This document shows positions 1 through 10,120 of a DNA stretch of 64,000 nucleotides, one piece after another; positions within the stretch are counted from its first letter, which is position 1; the number at the start of each line of letters is the position of its first letter. The translations under genes and the position numbers were made by a program. The notes under the pieces are model-generated. The model was not told the DNA's origin. It did not search any database and saw only the letters and a program-made list of their open reading frames with translations. Source of the DNA: an uncultured delta proteobacterium (GTDB lineage: Bacteria > Myxococcota_A > Polyangia > Polyangiales > Polyangiaceae); NCBI GenBank assembly GCA_963782055.1, contig CAWAIF010000003.1, positions 4,480,001 through 4,544,000 on the forward strand. The letters are read 5' to 3'.

Positions 1-835
1 AGAGCTCGAGCGGCGCGCCGCCGATCGGCAGCGGGAGGCGCTCGAGCCGCAGGCGCGGGTGATGCCGCAGCGCGAGGCGTCCGACGAGCGTCGGCACGGT
101 GGCGAGGAGCGGCGAGCCCTCGACCAGCGCGCCGACGCCGTGGAACGACGGCACCGAGACGCGCACGTCGCGGCGCGCCCGCCCGAGATCCTCGATGAGG
201 CCGCGGAGGTCCGCGTTGTACGACACGATCACGTGCTGGTGCGCGAAGTACGCCTTGCGCGTCAGCGTCGGTCCGACCTGCGCGTGCCTCGGGTCGAAGA
301 GACACGAGAAGCCGCCGAAGAAGAGCGGCTCTCGGCGGATCCCCGCGGGGAGCTCGTCGGCGATGGTGACGGCGAAGTCGATGGCGCCCGACGCGAGCTC
401 GCGGGCCACCGTGCGGAACTGCACCGGCACGACGACGAAGCGCATGCGTGGGGCCTCGCGCGCGAGGAGGCGCAGGAGCGTCGGCAGGAGCCAGGTCTCC
501 GTCACGTCCGAGAGCCCGATGCGCACGGTGCGCTCGCTGGCGACGGGGTCGAACGCCGGCGCGGCCGCGGCGGCCGCGACGAGGGCCTCGAGGTGAGGAC
601 GCGCGGCGGCGAAGAGGCGCTCGCCACGCGTGGTGAGCGCGAGACCGCGCCCCTGGCGCGCGAAGAGCGGGGCGCCGATCGCGGTCGCGAGACGCTTGAG
701 CGCGGCGCTGATCGCCGGCTGCGTGAGGTAGAGGCGCTTGCCGGCCGCGGTGGCGCTGCGCTCCTCGGCGACGACCACGAAGACGCGGAGCAAGTTGAGG
801 TCGAGGTCGCGCGCGAGGGTGTCGGATGTATTCAT
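1..835 (-). CDS. LysR-family transcriptional regulator (3' end runs off the window; absent from the ORF track)
   Basis: Manual minus-strand translation from ATG at 835 gives MNTSDTLARDLDLNLLRVFVVVAEERSATAAGKRLYLTQPAISAALKRLATAIGAPLFARQGRGLALT, a classic LysR HTH. Divergent from the aldo-keto reductase. Confidence 0.92.
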   Translation of the reverse strand, partial: MNTSDTLARDLDLNLLRVFVVVAEERSATAAGKRLYLTQPAISAALKRLATAIGAPLFARQGRGLALTTRGERLFAAARPHLEALVAAAAAAPAFDPVASERTVRIGLSDVTETWLLPTLLRLLAREAPRMRFVVVPVQFRTVARELASGAIDFAVTIADELPAGIRREPLFFGGFSCLFDPRHAQVGPTLTRKAYFAHQHVIVSYNADLRGLIEDLGRARRDVRVSVPSFHGVGALVEGSPLLATVPTLVGRLALRHHPRLRLERLPLPIGGAPLEL

Positions 836-844
836 GGTGCTTAT
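830..844. promoter_or_regulatory. Putative LysR box (T-N11-A)
   Basis: ATTCATGGTGCTTAT is an AT-rich imperfect dyad overlapping the lysR start in the divergent intergenic region. Confidence 0.5.
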
Positions 845-902
845 GGGACGCATCCATCGTATTCGCTGGTCGGCTGGGTCGGGAAGACGCATGGTGAGCG
901 TC

Positions 903-1877
903 ATGACGAAGCTGGGAAAAGCCGGGCCCGAGGTGTCGCGCGTCGGCCTCGGATGCATGGGAATGAGCGGCAGCTACGGACCCACGGACGACGCGGCCAG
1001 CGTGCGGACCATCCAGGCCGCGCTCGACGCGGGCATCTCGCTGGTCGACACGGGCGACTTCTACGGCATGGGCCACAACGAGATGCTCGTCGGCCGGGCC
1101 ATCGCCGGGCGGCGCGACCGCGCGGTGCTCTCGGTGAAATTCGGCGCGCAGCGCGGCCCGGACGGGAGCTTCCTCGGCGTGGACACGCGCCCGGCGGCGG
1201 TGAAGACCGCGCTCGCCTACTCGCTCCGGCGCCTCGGCGTCGAGACGATCGACGTCTACCGCCCGGCGCGCCTCGACCCGAAGGTGCCCATCGAGGACAC
1301 CATCGGCGCGATCGCCGACTGCGTGAAGGCCGGCTGGGTCAAGCACATCGGCCTCTCGGAGGTCGGCGTCGACACGATCCGCCGCGCGAGCGCCGTCCAC
1401 CCCATCGTCGATCTCCAGATCGAGTACTCGATCGCGAGCCGCTCGCCCGAGGCGAAGATCTTCCCCGTACTCGACGAGCTCGGCATCGGCGCGACGCTCT
1501 ACGGCGTCTTCTCGCGCGGTCTGCTCACCGGCGGGAAGCTGAACGGCAAGGGCGACTTCCGCGCGTACCTGCCGCGCTTCGCGGGTGAGAACGGCGCGCG
1601 CAACGCCGACCTCGCGGGCCGCTTCGGCGCGTTCGCGAAGGAGCGCGGGATGACCGCCGCGCAGCTCGCCCTCGGCTGGGTGCTCGCGAAGCGCCCCGGT
1701 TTCGTCCCCGTCGCCGGCGTGAAGACCGAGGCGCAGCTCGCCGATCTCCTCGGCGCGCTCGACAGGCCTCTCGCGCCGGCCGACGTCGCCGCGCTCGAGG
1801 ACGCCTTTCCGCCGGGCGCGTTCGCCGGCGACCGCTACGGCGCCGACCAGATGAAGCACCTCGACAGCGAGCGCTGA
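903..1877 (+). CDS. Aldo/keto reductase
   Basis: VSRVGLGCMGMS, DTGDFYGMGHNE, SLRRLGVETIDVY, HIGLSE and LQIEYS motifs. Start is ATG 903 (alternative 891). Confidence 0.93.
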   Translation: MTKLGKAGPEVSRVGLGCMGMSGSYGPTDDAASVRTIQAALDAGISLVDTGDFYGMGHNEMLVGRAIAGRRDRAVLSVKFGAQRGPDGSFLGVDTRPAAVKTALAYSLRRLGVETIDVYRPARLDPKVPIEDTIGAIADCVKAGWVKHIGLSEVGVDTIRRASAVHPIVDLQIEYSIASRSPEAKIFPVLDELGIGATLYGVFSRGLLTGGKLNGKGDFRAYLPRFAGENGARNADLAGRFGAFAKERGMTAAQLALGWVLAKRPGFVPVAGVKTEAQLADLLGALDRPLAPADVAALEDAFPPGAFAGDRYGADQMKHLDSER

Positions 1878-2012
1878 GCACCTTCGCGCGACGAGGAGTC
1901 GTACGGGGTGAGACGCGACCCGCGGCGCGTCGCTCGGGTGGGTGCGCGTGCGGGGCGGCTCCGCTGGCGGGAGCTGGCGGGGGCGCCGCAGTGAGCTGGT
2001 CGATGTTCGCGC

Positions 2013-2708
2013 TCAGCCGCCGTCGAGCTTCCAGAGGGACGTCTCGTCGACGAGGTAGCACCCCGCGTCCGCGCTATCCGGGGTCTGGACGCTGACGCTG
2101 AGCGTCCCGGAGGCGGTCGTCGTCCAGCGCACCCGCACGGGTTGATAGGTCGAGGAGAGCGGCACCGACAGGCTGGAGATGCCCGCCCCGCCGGCGCCCA
2201 CGCCTGCCGTCGCTACACCGATGCTGCCCGCGTCGGGGGCATCACGGACGCACGCGACGAACTCGTACGTCTCCCCCACTTTCACGGTGAGGTTCTGAAC
2301 CTTCTGGTTGATCTGAACGATGCCGCCGGTCGCGCACACGCGGCACGCGACGCTGCCGGCGAGGGGTGTGCTGAAGTCCGCGGCCAGCGTCGATTGATAC
2401 GCATTCCAGCCCCCGCAACCCGTTTCGAAGCCCGCGTTGGCGAGGGGTACGGGGGCGCCGAAGAGCGCCGCACCGCAAGCATTCACGCTGGGCCCCGCGT
2501 CGGAGGCATCGGCCGAGGACCCGTCGGATGGCGATCCGTCGGATGGCGATCCATCGGACGGCGATCCATCGAACGACGATCCGTCGGACGGCGACGCGTC
2601 GGTCCCGCTGCCCGCGTCACCGCCCGTGAGCGACGAGAGATCCGTGATCACGGAGCATCCGGCGAGCGACAAGACGGCGACAGCGCCCGCTACCACGACG
2701 AACCGCAT
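2013..2708 (-). CDS. Lipoprotein with Asp/Ser/Gly linker and C-terminal carbohydrate-binding-like (CBM4/9-type) domain
   Basis: Lipobox-like LSLAGC, DGSPS repeats, and ANAGFETGCGGW...LKVGETYEF...YLVDE beta-sandwich pattern. Confidence 0.65.
   Translation of the reverse strand: MRFVVVAGAVAVLSLAGCSVITDLSSLTGGDAGSGTDASPSDGSSFDGSPSDGSPSDGSPSDGSSADASDAGPSVNACGAALFGAPVPLANAGFETGCGGWNAYQSTLAADFSTPLAGSVACRVCATGGIVQINQKVQNLTVKVGETYEFVACVRDAPDAGSIGVATAGVGAGGAGISSLSVPLSSTYQPVRVRWTTTASGTLSVSVQTPDSADAGCYLVDETSLWKLDGG
2521..2595. repeat. Five tandem 15-bp coding repeats (CCRTCGGAYGGCGAT) encoding the SPSDG linker
   Basis: Units start at 2521, 2536, 2551, 2566 and 2581; the first two are identical. Confidence 0.9.
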
Positions 2709-2861
2709 CGTCCGGCACGATAAATCACCGTGCACGAATCGGCTACGGCGAATCGTGCCGGGGGATGGTCATCCCCGCGCCGCCGAGGTGAATCCGGCGG
2801 CTACCGCCTTGGTCGGCGTTCGCCAATCGCGAGCGCTCATTGAGCATGAGCTGGCGGAGGC

Positions 2862-3583
2862 TCAGAGGGAGGACTCGAACGCGCCGATGTCTGGCGCCGA
2901 CCCCTGGAAGGGCAGGCCGACGTCGGTCCCGGCGTTGATGGCCGGGCTCCCCGGCTGCAGGTGGTAATCCGTCGGCGAGACGAACAGCGGGTCCGCGGGA
3001 GCGGGGCTGTGCGTCTCCCATCCCAGGTTGCTCCGGATGCTGGCCATGTCGCCCGTGTAGTAGACCGCGCCATCGACGAAGACGATGCGAAGGTTGCCGT
3101 TGATCCGGTAGTAGAGGTTGTAGTCGGAGTCGATCTCCGCCAGGTCCTGGTTGGACGCGACCATCGCGGCACCGCTGCCGCCGACGTCGTTCGGCAGCAG
3201 CGTGTAGAAGATGTTGTTCTTCACGACCTGATGGGTACATCCGTCGTCGAAGAAGACCTGGTAGTTGCCGGCGTTCTTGGCGTTGTTGCCGTAGAAGGTG
3301 TTGTTGTAGATGTACGCCTCGTCGACGTCCTCCATGGACAGGCCGATGTCCAGCGGGAACTTGACGACGTTGTCGTAGAAGTGGAAGCCGAATATCTGGC
3401 CCGTCCCGCCGTGCGGGCCCTGAACGAAGACGCCCTCCGAGCGGTACGTCCGGTTAGGGTCGTCGTAGATCAGGTTGTTCCGGACGTAGATCTCGTCCAG
3501 GTTGCCCGTGGCGACGTTCGACCCGGTCTCGATGTCGGGACCGGTCGTGTGGTAGCCGTTGTAGAATGTGTTGTACTGGATGC
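2862..3583 (-). pseudogene. 5'-truncated right-handed beta-helix protein with a C-terminal choice-of-anchor-Q-like tail
   Basis: YNNTFYGN / KNNIFY / DSDYNLYY repeats and a DPLFVSPTDYHLQPGSPAINAG...APDIGAFE terminus. Upstream of IQYNTF the frame becomes non-protein-like, with no signal peptide. Confidence 0.65.
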
Positions 3584-3770
3584 GCGAGGACACCGCGCTC
3601 GCCGTCGCGAAGCAGCTACGCCGGGTCTGAGCGCGCTTCTTCGTGCGCCACCAATGCACGCCCCCTGGTCCGTCCGTCCAGGAGACCGGGCGGCCCCATT
3701 TCGCCTGAGGATTTCGTGAACTTTCGCGCCGGCCGCGTCGACGGGCAGACCCGCGCGCCCTGCGATCCCC

Positions 3771-4970
3771 TCAAGTGCCGCGCTGATCGCCGAGGAAGCG
3801 GTGGAGGAGCTCGCGCTCGATGGTGTTCGTCGTGAGGCGGACCGCGGCTTCGTAGGCTCGGGCGGCTTCCGCCGGGCGGTTCAGGCGGCGGAGGAAGTCG
3901 GCGCGGATGGCGTGGAACAGGTGGTGGTCTCCAAGGGGGAGCGCGTCGACCAGGGCGAGCGCTTCGGCGGGGCCGGTCACCTCGGCGACGGCGACGGCGC
4001 GGTGGAGGGCGACTATCGGGGTCGGCGTGAAATGGAGGAGGTGATCGTAGAGCTGGAGGATCTGGCGCCAGTCGGTCGCGTCGGCGGAGGCGGCGTCGCT
4101 GTGGACGGCCTGGATGGCGGCCTGGATCTGGTACGGGCCGGGCTCGTTTCGGCGCAGGCACTCGCGCACGAGGGACTGGCCCTCGGCGACCAGCTCGCGG
4201 TCCCAGAGCGAGCGATCCTGGTTCGGCAGGAGGACGAGGCCGCCGTCGGGCGTGGTGCGCGCGGGGCGGCGCGACTCGACGAGGAGCATCAGCGCGAGCA
4301 GGCCCTTGGCCTCGGGATCGTGGGGCAAGAGCTCCGCGAGCAGTCGGGCGAGGCGGACGGCGTCCGCGCACAGGCCGTCGCGACCGAGGCGGTCGCCGGA
4401 CGTCGCCGTGTAGCCCTCGTTGAAGATCAGGTAGACGACGGTGAGGACGGCACGCAGGCGCCGCGGGAGCTCGCGTTGCTCCGGCACGCGGAATGGGATG
4501 CCCGCGTCGCGGATCTTGGCCTTCGCGCGGACGATCCGCTGGCCCATCGTCGGCTCGGGGACGACGAACGCGCGCGCGATCTCGGCCGTGCCGAGGCCGC
4601 CGAGAAGCCGCAGCGTGAGCGCGACCTGCGCCGGGACATTCAGCGCAGGATGGCAGCAGGTGAAGATGAGGCGGAGCTGATCGTCGCGCATGGTGGGCTC
4701 GCTCTCCTCTTCCATTTCGGGCGACGCTGCGCGCGCGTGCACCTCCGGGCGGCGTGCCTCGCGGCGCAGCCGGTCGATGGCGCGGTTCTTCGCGGTGGTG
4801 AGGATCCAACCGGCGGGGCTCGGTGGCAGGCCGCTCGCGGGCCAGCGCTCGGTCGCCTCGACGAAGGCGTCCTGCACGCACTCCTCGGCGAGATCGATGT
4901 CGCCGAGCATGCGCACGAGGACCGCCACCGCCCGCCCGTAGTGCTCGCGGAAGACGCGCTCGACGTTCAG
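3771..4970 (-). CDS. ECF sigma factor, ECF42-type (C-terminal TPR/DUF6596 extension)
   Basis: [50 protein letters not shown] and [13 protein letters not shown] motifs; lies downstream of a YCII/DGPF gene. Start is probably CTG at 4970, overlapping the upstream TGA. Confidence 0.9.
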   Translation of the reverse strand: MNVERVFREHYGRAVAVLVRMLGDIDLAEECVQDAFVEATERWPASGLPPSPAGWILTTAKNRAIDRLRREARRPEVHARAASPEMEEESEPTMRDDQLRLIFTCCHPALNVPAQVALTLRLLGGLGTAEIARAFVVPEPTMGQRIVRAKAKIRDAGIPFRVPEQRELPRRLRAVLTVVYLIFNEGYTATSGDRLGRDGLCADAVRLARLLAELLPHDPEAKGLLALMLLVESRRPARTTPDGGLVLLPNQDRSLWDRELVAEGQSLVRECLRRNEPGPYQIQAAIQAVHSDAASADATDWRQILQLYDHLLHFTPTPIVALHRAVAVAEVTGPAEALALVDALPLGDHHLFHAIRADFLRRLNRPAEAARAYEAAVRLTTNTIERELLHRFLGDQRGT

Positions 4971-5314
4971 TCGACCCCCGCGAACGGCCGCACCTCGACC
5001 GGCAGGGTGGTCGCCTTCGCCGCCTTGGCCGCCCACGCGAGCGCCGCGTCGAGATCGGGCACCTGGATGATCACGATGCCGCCGATGTGCTCCTTGCCCT
5101 CGGCGAAGGGCCCATCCGTCGTCATGATCTCGCCGTCTTTCACGCGCACGACGGTCGCGACGTCCGCGAGATGAAGGTGGCCCGAAAACACCCAGACGCC
5201 CGCCTTCCGTATCTCCTCGTGAAACGCCGCGACGTCGCGCATGATGGGATCGAGCCTCTCCGGCGGAGGCCTGGGCCCGTCCGGCTGAACCACGCTGAGT
5301 AGGTATTGCTTCAT
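4967..5314 (-). CDS. YCII/DGPF-domain protein
   Basis: MKQYLLSV...[15 protein letters not shown]...VEVRPF; SD-like GAAAGGA upstream. Confidence 0.92.
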   Translation of the reverse strand: MKQYLLSVVQPDGPRPPPERLDPIMRDVAAFHEEIRKAGVWVFSGHLHLADVATVVRVKDGEIMTTDGPFAEGKEHIGGIVIIQVPDLDAALAWAAKAAKATTLPVEVRPFAGVD

Positions 5315-5336
5315 GGGTTTGTCCTTTCGACCCCTT

Positions 5337-5363
5337 AACGAACGGCGTCGCCCGATTTCGACA
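5337..5363 (-). promoter_or_regulatory. ECF42-type autoregulatory promoter
   Basis: Minus strand reads TGTCGA-N17-CGTT just upstream of the YCII-ECF42 operon, matching the ECF42 consensus (-35 TGTCGA, -10 CGWC-like). Confidence 0.7.
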
Positions 5364-5429
5364 ACATAGCTCACCCGCTGTCGTTCCAGCCCGTCCGGGA
5401 GGTATCCTCGCGGCACGTGCGCGACCTCG

Positions 5430-5705
5430 TCACCCTCCACCGCAAGATCCGCACCTGTACCGCGTGCTGCTCGCGCCGTGGCCGACCTCGGCCAGAATGA
5501 CGCCGTGCGCGAGCTCGCGCGCGAGGGCCGACGCCGCCTCGCCGACTTTCTGCGCGCCCGCCAGCACCAGACCCGCCCGCTCCATCCCGACCTCCCCGCG
5601 CTCGTCGTCGGCCCCATGGAGGCGGTCATCCACGACGTCATCCTGGAGCACCCGGACGCGCTGGAGGATCCCCGCCTGATTGACGAGCTCACCGCCGGCG
5701 CATAG
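5430..5705 (+). pseudogene. Degraded C-terminal fragment of a TetR-like regulator
   Basis: Pieces LHR / DPHLYRVLLA / VADLGQNDAVRELAR...HPDALEDPRLIDEL fall in different frames; no N-terminal HTH. Confidence 0.4.
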
Positions 5706-5848
5706 GGCTGTAGGGCCCGACCGCGCTGGCGTTTCCTATGCGCCTGGCCACGGCCGTCGCCCAAGTCCCGTGGCTCGGCGACTCGCGCTCGTCCGTGCCT
5801 CTCGACAGAGTTGCGTAGCTCCGGCGCCGCCGGATACGGTGGCGGGCC

Positions 5849-6958
5849 ATGAAGACGCGCGCCGCGGTCGCTTGGGAAGTCGGAAAGCCGCTCGTCGTGA
5901 GCGACGTCGAGCTCGCCGGGCCGGAGGCCGGAGAGGTGCTCGTCGAGCTCAAGGCGACGGGTGTCTGCCACACCGACGAGTTCACGCGCTCCGGCGCGGA
6001 TCCGGAGGGGCTCTTCCCCGCGATCCTCGGCCACGAGGGCGCGGGCATCGTTCGCGAGGTCGGCGCCGGCGTCGCGAGCGTGAAGCCCGGCGACCACGTC
6101 GTGCTCCTCTACACGCCCGAATGCCGCGCCTGCAAATCATGCCTGAGCCGGAAGACGAACCTCTGCACGGCGATCCGGGCGACGCAGGGCAAAGGCCTCA
6201 TGCCCGACGGGACGAGCCGCTTCTCGTCGAACGGACGGACGATTCACCACTACATGGGCTGCTCGACCTTCGCCGAGCACACGGTGCTCCCCGAGATCGC
6301 CGTCGCGAAGGTGCGCGAGGACGCGCCCTTCGACAAGATCTGCTACATCGGCTGCGGCGTGACGACGGGGATCGGCGCGGTCATCTTCACCGCGAAGGTC
6401 GAGGTCGGCGCCAACGTCGTCGTCTTCGGGCTCGGCGGCATCGGGCTCAACGTGGTTCAAGGGGCGCGCATGGCGGGCGCCGCGCAGATCGTCGGCGTGG
6501 ACGTGAACCCGGCGCGCGAGGCGCTCGCGCGCACGCTCGGCATGACCCACTTCGTGAACCCGAAGGACGTGAAGGACGTCGTCGGCCACCTCGTCGAGCT
6601 CACCGGCGGCGGCGCCGACTACAGCTTCGAGTGCGTTGGCGACGTGAAGCTGATGCGCCAGGCGCTCGAGTGCTGCCACCGCGGGTGGGGCGTCAGCGTC
6701 ATCATCGGCGTCGCGGGCGCGGGCCAGGAGATCGCCACGCGCCCGTTCCAGCTCGTCACCGGTCGCGTGTGGAAGGGCACCGCGTTCGGCGGCGCGCGCG
6801 GCCGCACCGACGTCCCACGCATCGTCGACTGGTACATGGACAAGAAAGTCGCGATCGACCCGCTCATCACGCACAAGCTCCCGCTCGAGCGCATCAACGA
6901 GGCGTTCGACCTGATGCACGAGGGCAAGTCGATCCGGACTGTCGTCGAGTACGCCTGA
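5849..6958 (+). CDS. frmA: S-(hydroxymethyl)glutathione dehydrogenase / class III alcohol dehydrogenase
   Basis: [53 protein letters not shown]. Confidence 0.96.
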   Translation: MKTRAAVAWEVGKPLVVSDVELAGPEAGEVLVELKATGVCHTDEFTRSGADPEGLFPAILGHEGAGIVREVGAGVASVKPGDHVVLLYTPECRACKSCLSRKTNLCTAIRATQGKGLMPDGTSRFSSNGRTIHHYMGCSTFAEHTVLPEIAVAKVREDAPFDKICYIGCGVTTGIGAVIFTAKVEVGANVVVFGLGGIGLNVVQGARMAGAAQIVGVDVNPAREALARTLGMTHFVNPKDVKDVVGHLVELTGGGADYSFECVGDVKLMRQALECCHRGWGVSVIIGVAGAGQEIATRPFQLVTGRVWKGTAFGGARGRTDVPRIVDWYMDKKVAIDPLITHKLPLERINEAFDLMHEGKSIRTVVEYA

Positions 6959-7153
6959 TCGAGGCTCGCGGCGCCGGAGGCGCTCGAGGCTCGCGCGATC
7001 CCCGTCGGCGAGCCACCGCGGGTCCGCCCTTCCACTGGGACCGGACGCGGCGCTTTCGCATCAGAGGGACGCGACCCTCTCGGTCAACTTTCGCGCAGGA
7101 CGGCGCCAGGATTTCCTGTGCGCCCGAGCCCACCGCTCGTAACTTCCCACCCC

Positions 7154-7708
7154 ATGGGCCTGCTCACCTTCGCTCTCAACGTGACCCTGGACGGGTGCAT
7201 CGACCACACCCAGGCCATCGCGGACGACGAGCTCCACGACTACTGGACGCAGCTCATGGACCAGAGCGGGGCGATGCTCTTCGGGCGCAACACCTACGAG
7301 CTGATGGAGGGCGCCTGGCCCCAGGTGGCGCGCGACGAAGAGGCACCGCGCGCGATGCGCGAGTGGGCGCAGAAGCTCGAGGCGAAGGCGAAGTACGTCG
7401 TGTCCAGCTCGCGGCGCGACTTCCCGTGGCAGAACACGACCAAGGTGGAGGGCGACCTTCGCGAGGCGATCGCGGCGCTGAAGGTGAAGACCGAGCGGGG
7501 CGTCCTCGTCGGAGCGCCCAAGCTCTCGGCTGCGCTCGAGGAGCTCGGGCTCATCGACGAGTACCGCATGGTCGTTCATCCCGTCATCAGCGGCCACGGG
7601 CCGACCTTGTTTCACGGCCTTTCGAGGGCGCGGCATCTCGAGCTGCTCTCGACGCAGCGGTTCAACTCCGGCGTGCAGGCGCACCATTTCCGTCGCAAAG
7701 TGGAATGA
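7154..7708 (+). CDS. Dihydrofolate reductase-like / RibD C-terminal domain protein
   Basis: NVTLDGCI, LFGRNTYE, KYVVSS, GLIDEYRMVVHPVISGHGPTLF. Confidence 0.9.
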   Translation: MGLLTFALNVTLDGCIDHTQAIADDELHDYWTQLMDQSGAMLFGRNTYELMEGAWPQVARDEEAPRAMREWAQKLEAKAKYVVSSSRRDFPWQNTTKVEGDLREAIAALKVKTERGVLVGAPKLSAALEELGLIDEYRMVVHPVISGHGPTLFHGLSRARHLELLSTQRFNSGVQAHHFRRKVE

Positions 7709-7951
7709 GCGTGGGCGCCGGTGACCGCGGCGTCGCATGGCGCGTCCAGCGCGGACACCGAACCATGCACTGTTCGCCGCGCCGCTGATCGTCTTGCGCA
7801 CGAGCACGACCGAGATCAACCACCCTCGAGCTGCGCTGACTGCATCCGCGGCCGTTCAATCCCCACCGCGTCCGCGGCAGACTCTCTCGCCAGGCTCGTC
7901 GCCCAGGCGTTCGAGCTTGCGCCGCAGGCGGCGAGCCGCGAGCATCGCGCC

Positions 7952-8545
7952 ATGGCGAATCCCTATGTGCAGCCGCAGCAGCCGATGCCGCCGAAGGGCG
8001 GTGGCGCCGGGACCATCGTCCTCATCGTGCTCGGTGTCGTTGTCGCGGTGATCGTGGTGGTGGGCATACTCGCGGTGCTCGCGATCGCCGGCGTTCACAA
8101 GTACATCGCGGCGGCGAAGACCGCAGAGGCAACCTCCAACCTCGGATTGATGGCGGTGGATGCCGCCAGCGCTTACACGCGCGACAAGACGCTCGACGGC
8201 GCCAGGACGGTCTCGTGCCTATGCGGCAAGGCGAGCGCGCCGGTCCCGACGACCGTTCCGGCAAGCAGGAAGTACGCCTCCTCGCCGGCCGACTGGACCA
8301 CAGGCGACGCCCTCAACGGGTGGACCTGCCTGAGCTTCACCGTCGATGCACCGCAGTATTACCAGTACGACTACTCCTCGGACGGCGACTGCTCGGCGGG
8401 CGTCGCCGGCACGACCTTCTCGGCGGAGGCCCACGGCGATCTCGACGGCGACGGGACCACCTCCTCCTTCGTGCTCGACGGCACCGTGGTCGGCGGAAGC
8501 GTCGTGGTCGCGCCGATGCCGAAGGAGACCAACCCGCAGGAGTGA
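7952..8545 (+). CDS. Type IV pilin-like protein lacking a canonical prepilin cleavage site
   Basis: GILAVLAIAGVHKYIAAAKTAEA pilin alpha1-like helix and WTCLSFTVDAPQYYQYDY...AHGDLDGDG myxobacterial pilin-type C-terminus. The leader is Pro/Gln-rich and has no G|FxxxE. Confidence 0.75.
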   Translation: MANPYVQPQQPMPPKGGGAGTIVLIVLGVVVAVIVVVGILAVLAIAGVHKYIAAAKTAEATSNLGLMAVDAASAYTRDKTLDGARTVSCLCGKASAPVPTTVPASRKYASSPADWTTGDALNGWTCLSFTVDAPQYYQYDYSSDGDCSAGVAGTTFSAEAHGDLDGDGTTSSFVLDGTVVGGSVVVAPMPKETNPQE

Positions 8546-8887
8546 CGGGGCTCCGGCCTCGCCCCGGGCGTCACCTTCGCCCGGTGTTCGCCGCTTCGAG
8601 GAGCCGGCGGAGCTTCGTGTGGCGGTACGGAGTGTCCTTGCGCCGGTTGTCGGCGCACCACGAGCCAGGCCGGAGGGCTACTTCGAGAGCATCTCCTTCT
8701 TGAGCAAGAGCCAGCGCCGCATCGTGCGCCTGGAGCTCTCGCAGGAAGACTTTCCCGGCTCGATCTACGTCGTGCTTCACGCTACCAAGCCCGGCGAGCG
8801 CCGGAGATCGCCCCTCGCATGCGCGTGTTCGAGGTCGATCCGCCGGGTGCTCAGGCGTGGAAGCGCCCAGCGCAGGCGTGTGTCCGC

Positions 8888-9796
8888 TCAGCTGGGCTTC
8901 ATGTGGACCTTCGCCCAGGCGGCGAAGGTGGTGAACCCGCCCGGCACGAGCGACCTCGCGGCGGCGACGACCTTGTCGTGGTCCGGCCCGAAGTACGTGT
9001 GCGCGGCGAAGTACTGGAACATCTGCCGCATCTCCGGCGCGCCCGGATAGAACGTGTCGTAGACCTCGGCGGGGACCTGCATCACCTCCAGCTTGTGGCC
9101 CTGCGAGTTCAGCGTCTCCGCGAAGTCGCTCCACGAGTACACGCCGCCGCAGACGCCAACGTAGCTGCCGTCGGGGAGCGTGTCGGAGCCGAACGCCGCG
9201 GCGACCGCCCGGCCAACCTCGGTGACGTCCCCGGCGTGGATCACGCGCGCGGCGGGATCCATCGGCACGGCCCAACCCTTGGCGCCGTTCGGGAGCGGCT
9301 GCGGGCCCATCATCGTGAGGAAGTTCTGGAAGTACATCGGCGCCATCACGAAGGTGTGGCGCGGGAAGCCCGCGGCCTCGACGACGTCGTCGACGAGAGC
9401 CTTGCCGGCGAAGTGCAGGACGTGGAGGGTGCCGTTCGTCAGCTTCTCGGTGTTCGGCAGCGTCGACCAGATCAGGTGCTGCACGTTCGCCGCGCGCGCC
9501 GCCTTCACGGCTCCGGCGCCGACCTCGGTCTCGCGCTGCATCTGGTTCGGGTCCCAGAAGTTCGTCACCACGAACGCGCCGTGCGCACCCGCGAACGCGG
9601 GACCCAGCGTGGCGGGGTCGAGCATGTCGCCCTTCACCACCTCGACGCCGCGGGCCTCGAGCTTGCTCGCCGCGTCGCCGGCGGGGTTGCGGCTCACCAC
9701 GCGCACTCCGAACTCGCCGGCCGCCAGCAGCGCGTCCACGACGCCGCCGCCCTGAAGGCCAGTCCCACCCAACACGGTCACGATCGGCTTGCTCAT
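8888..9796 (-). CDS. NmrA/HSCARG-family NAD(P)-binding protein
   Basis: VLGGTGLQGGGVV, GVEVVKGD, AFVVTNFW, HLIWSTLP, HFAGKA. Confidence 0.92.
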   Translation of the reverse strand: MSKPIVTVLGGTGLQGGGVVDALLAAGEFGVRVVSRNPAGDAASKLEARGVEVVKGDMLDPATLGPAFAGAHGAFVVTNFWDPNQMQRETEVGAGAVKAARAANVQHLIWSTLPNTEKLTNGTLHVLHFAGKALVDDVVEAAGFPRHTFVMAPMYFQNFLTMMGPQPLPNGAKGWAVPMDPAARVIHAGDVTEVGRAVAAAFGSDTLPDGSYVGVCGGVYSWSDFAETLNSQGHKLEVMQVPAEVYDTFYPGAPEMRQMFQYFAAHTYFGPDHDKVVAAARSLVPGGFTTFAAWAKVHMKPS

Positions 9797-10120
9797 GGTT
9801 CTCTCCGGTGGCCGTGCGAATGCCGGCAAATCTAGTCGATGCCGCCAGGCGGCGACGGGTTGTGGAGGCCAGTTCAAGATCGCGACATCGGATGTCGTAC
9901 CGGGGCGCTTCGCGGCGGCTAGCCGCCTGGTCGGGAGCATGCGTCAAGGGACAGCCCGACCGTTCCGCCGCCGCCACCGCGCGGCGCTGCGCGGCCTGTT
10001 TTGGAGGGAGAGCACGTCGCGCGGGCGCCAGCTTCGGCATGGCCGGTCGAGGGTAGCGTGATCGGCTCCAAGCCCAGCTCGCCACGGCACATGAAGCGTG
10101 GTTCAATTCACTTCGAGCAA

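Noticed and set aside
2521..2595. Tandem 15-bp repeats as a possible CRISPR array
   Set aside because: There are no spacers; the repeats are in frame and encode a linker; no cas genes are present.
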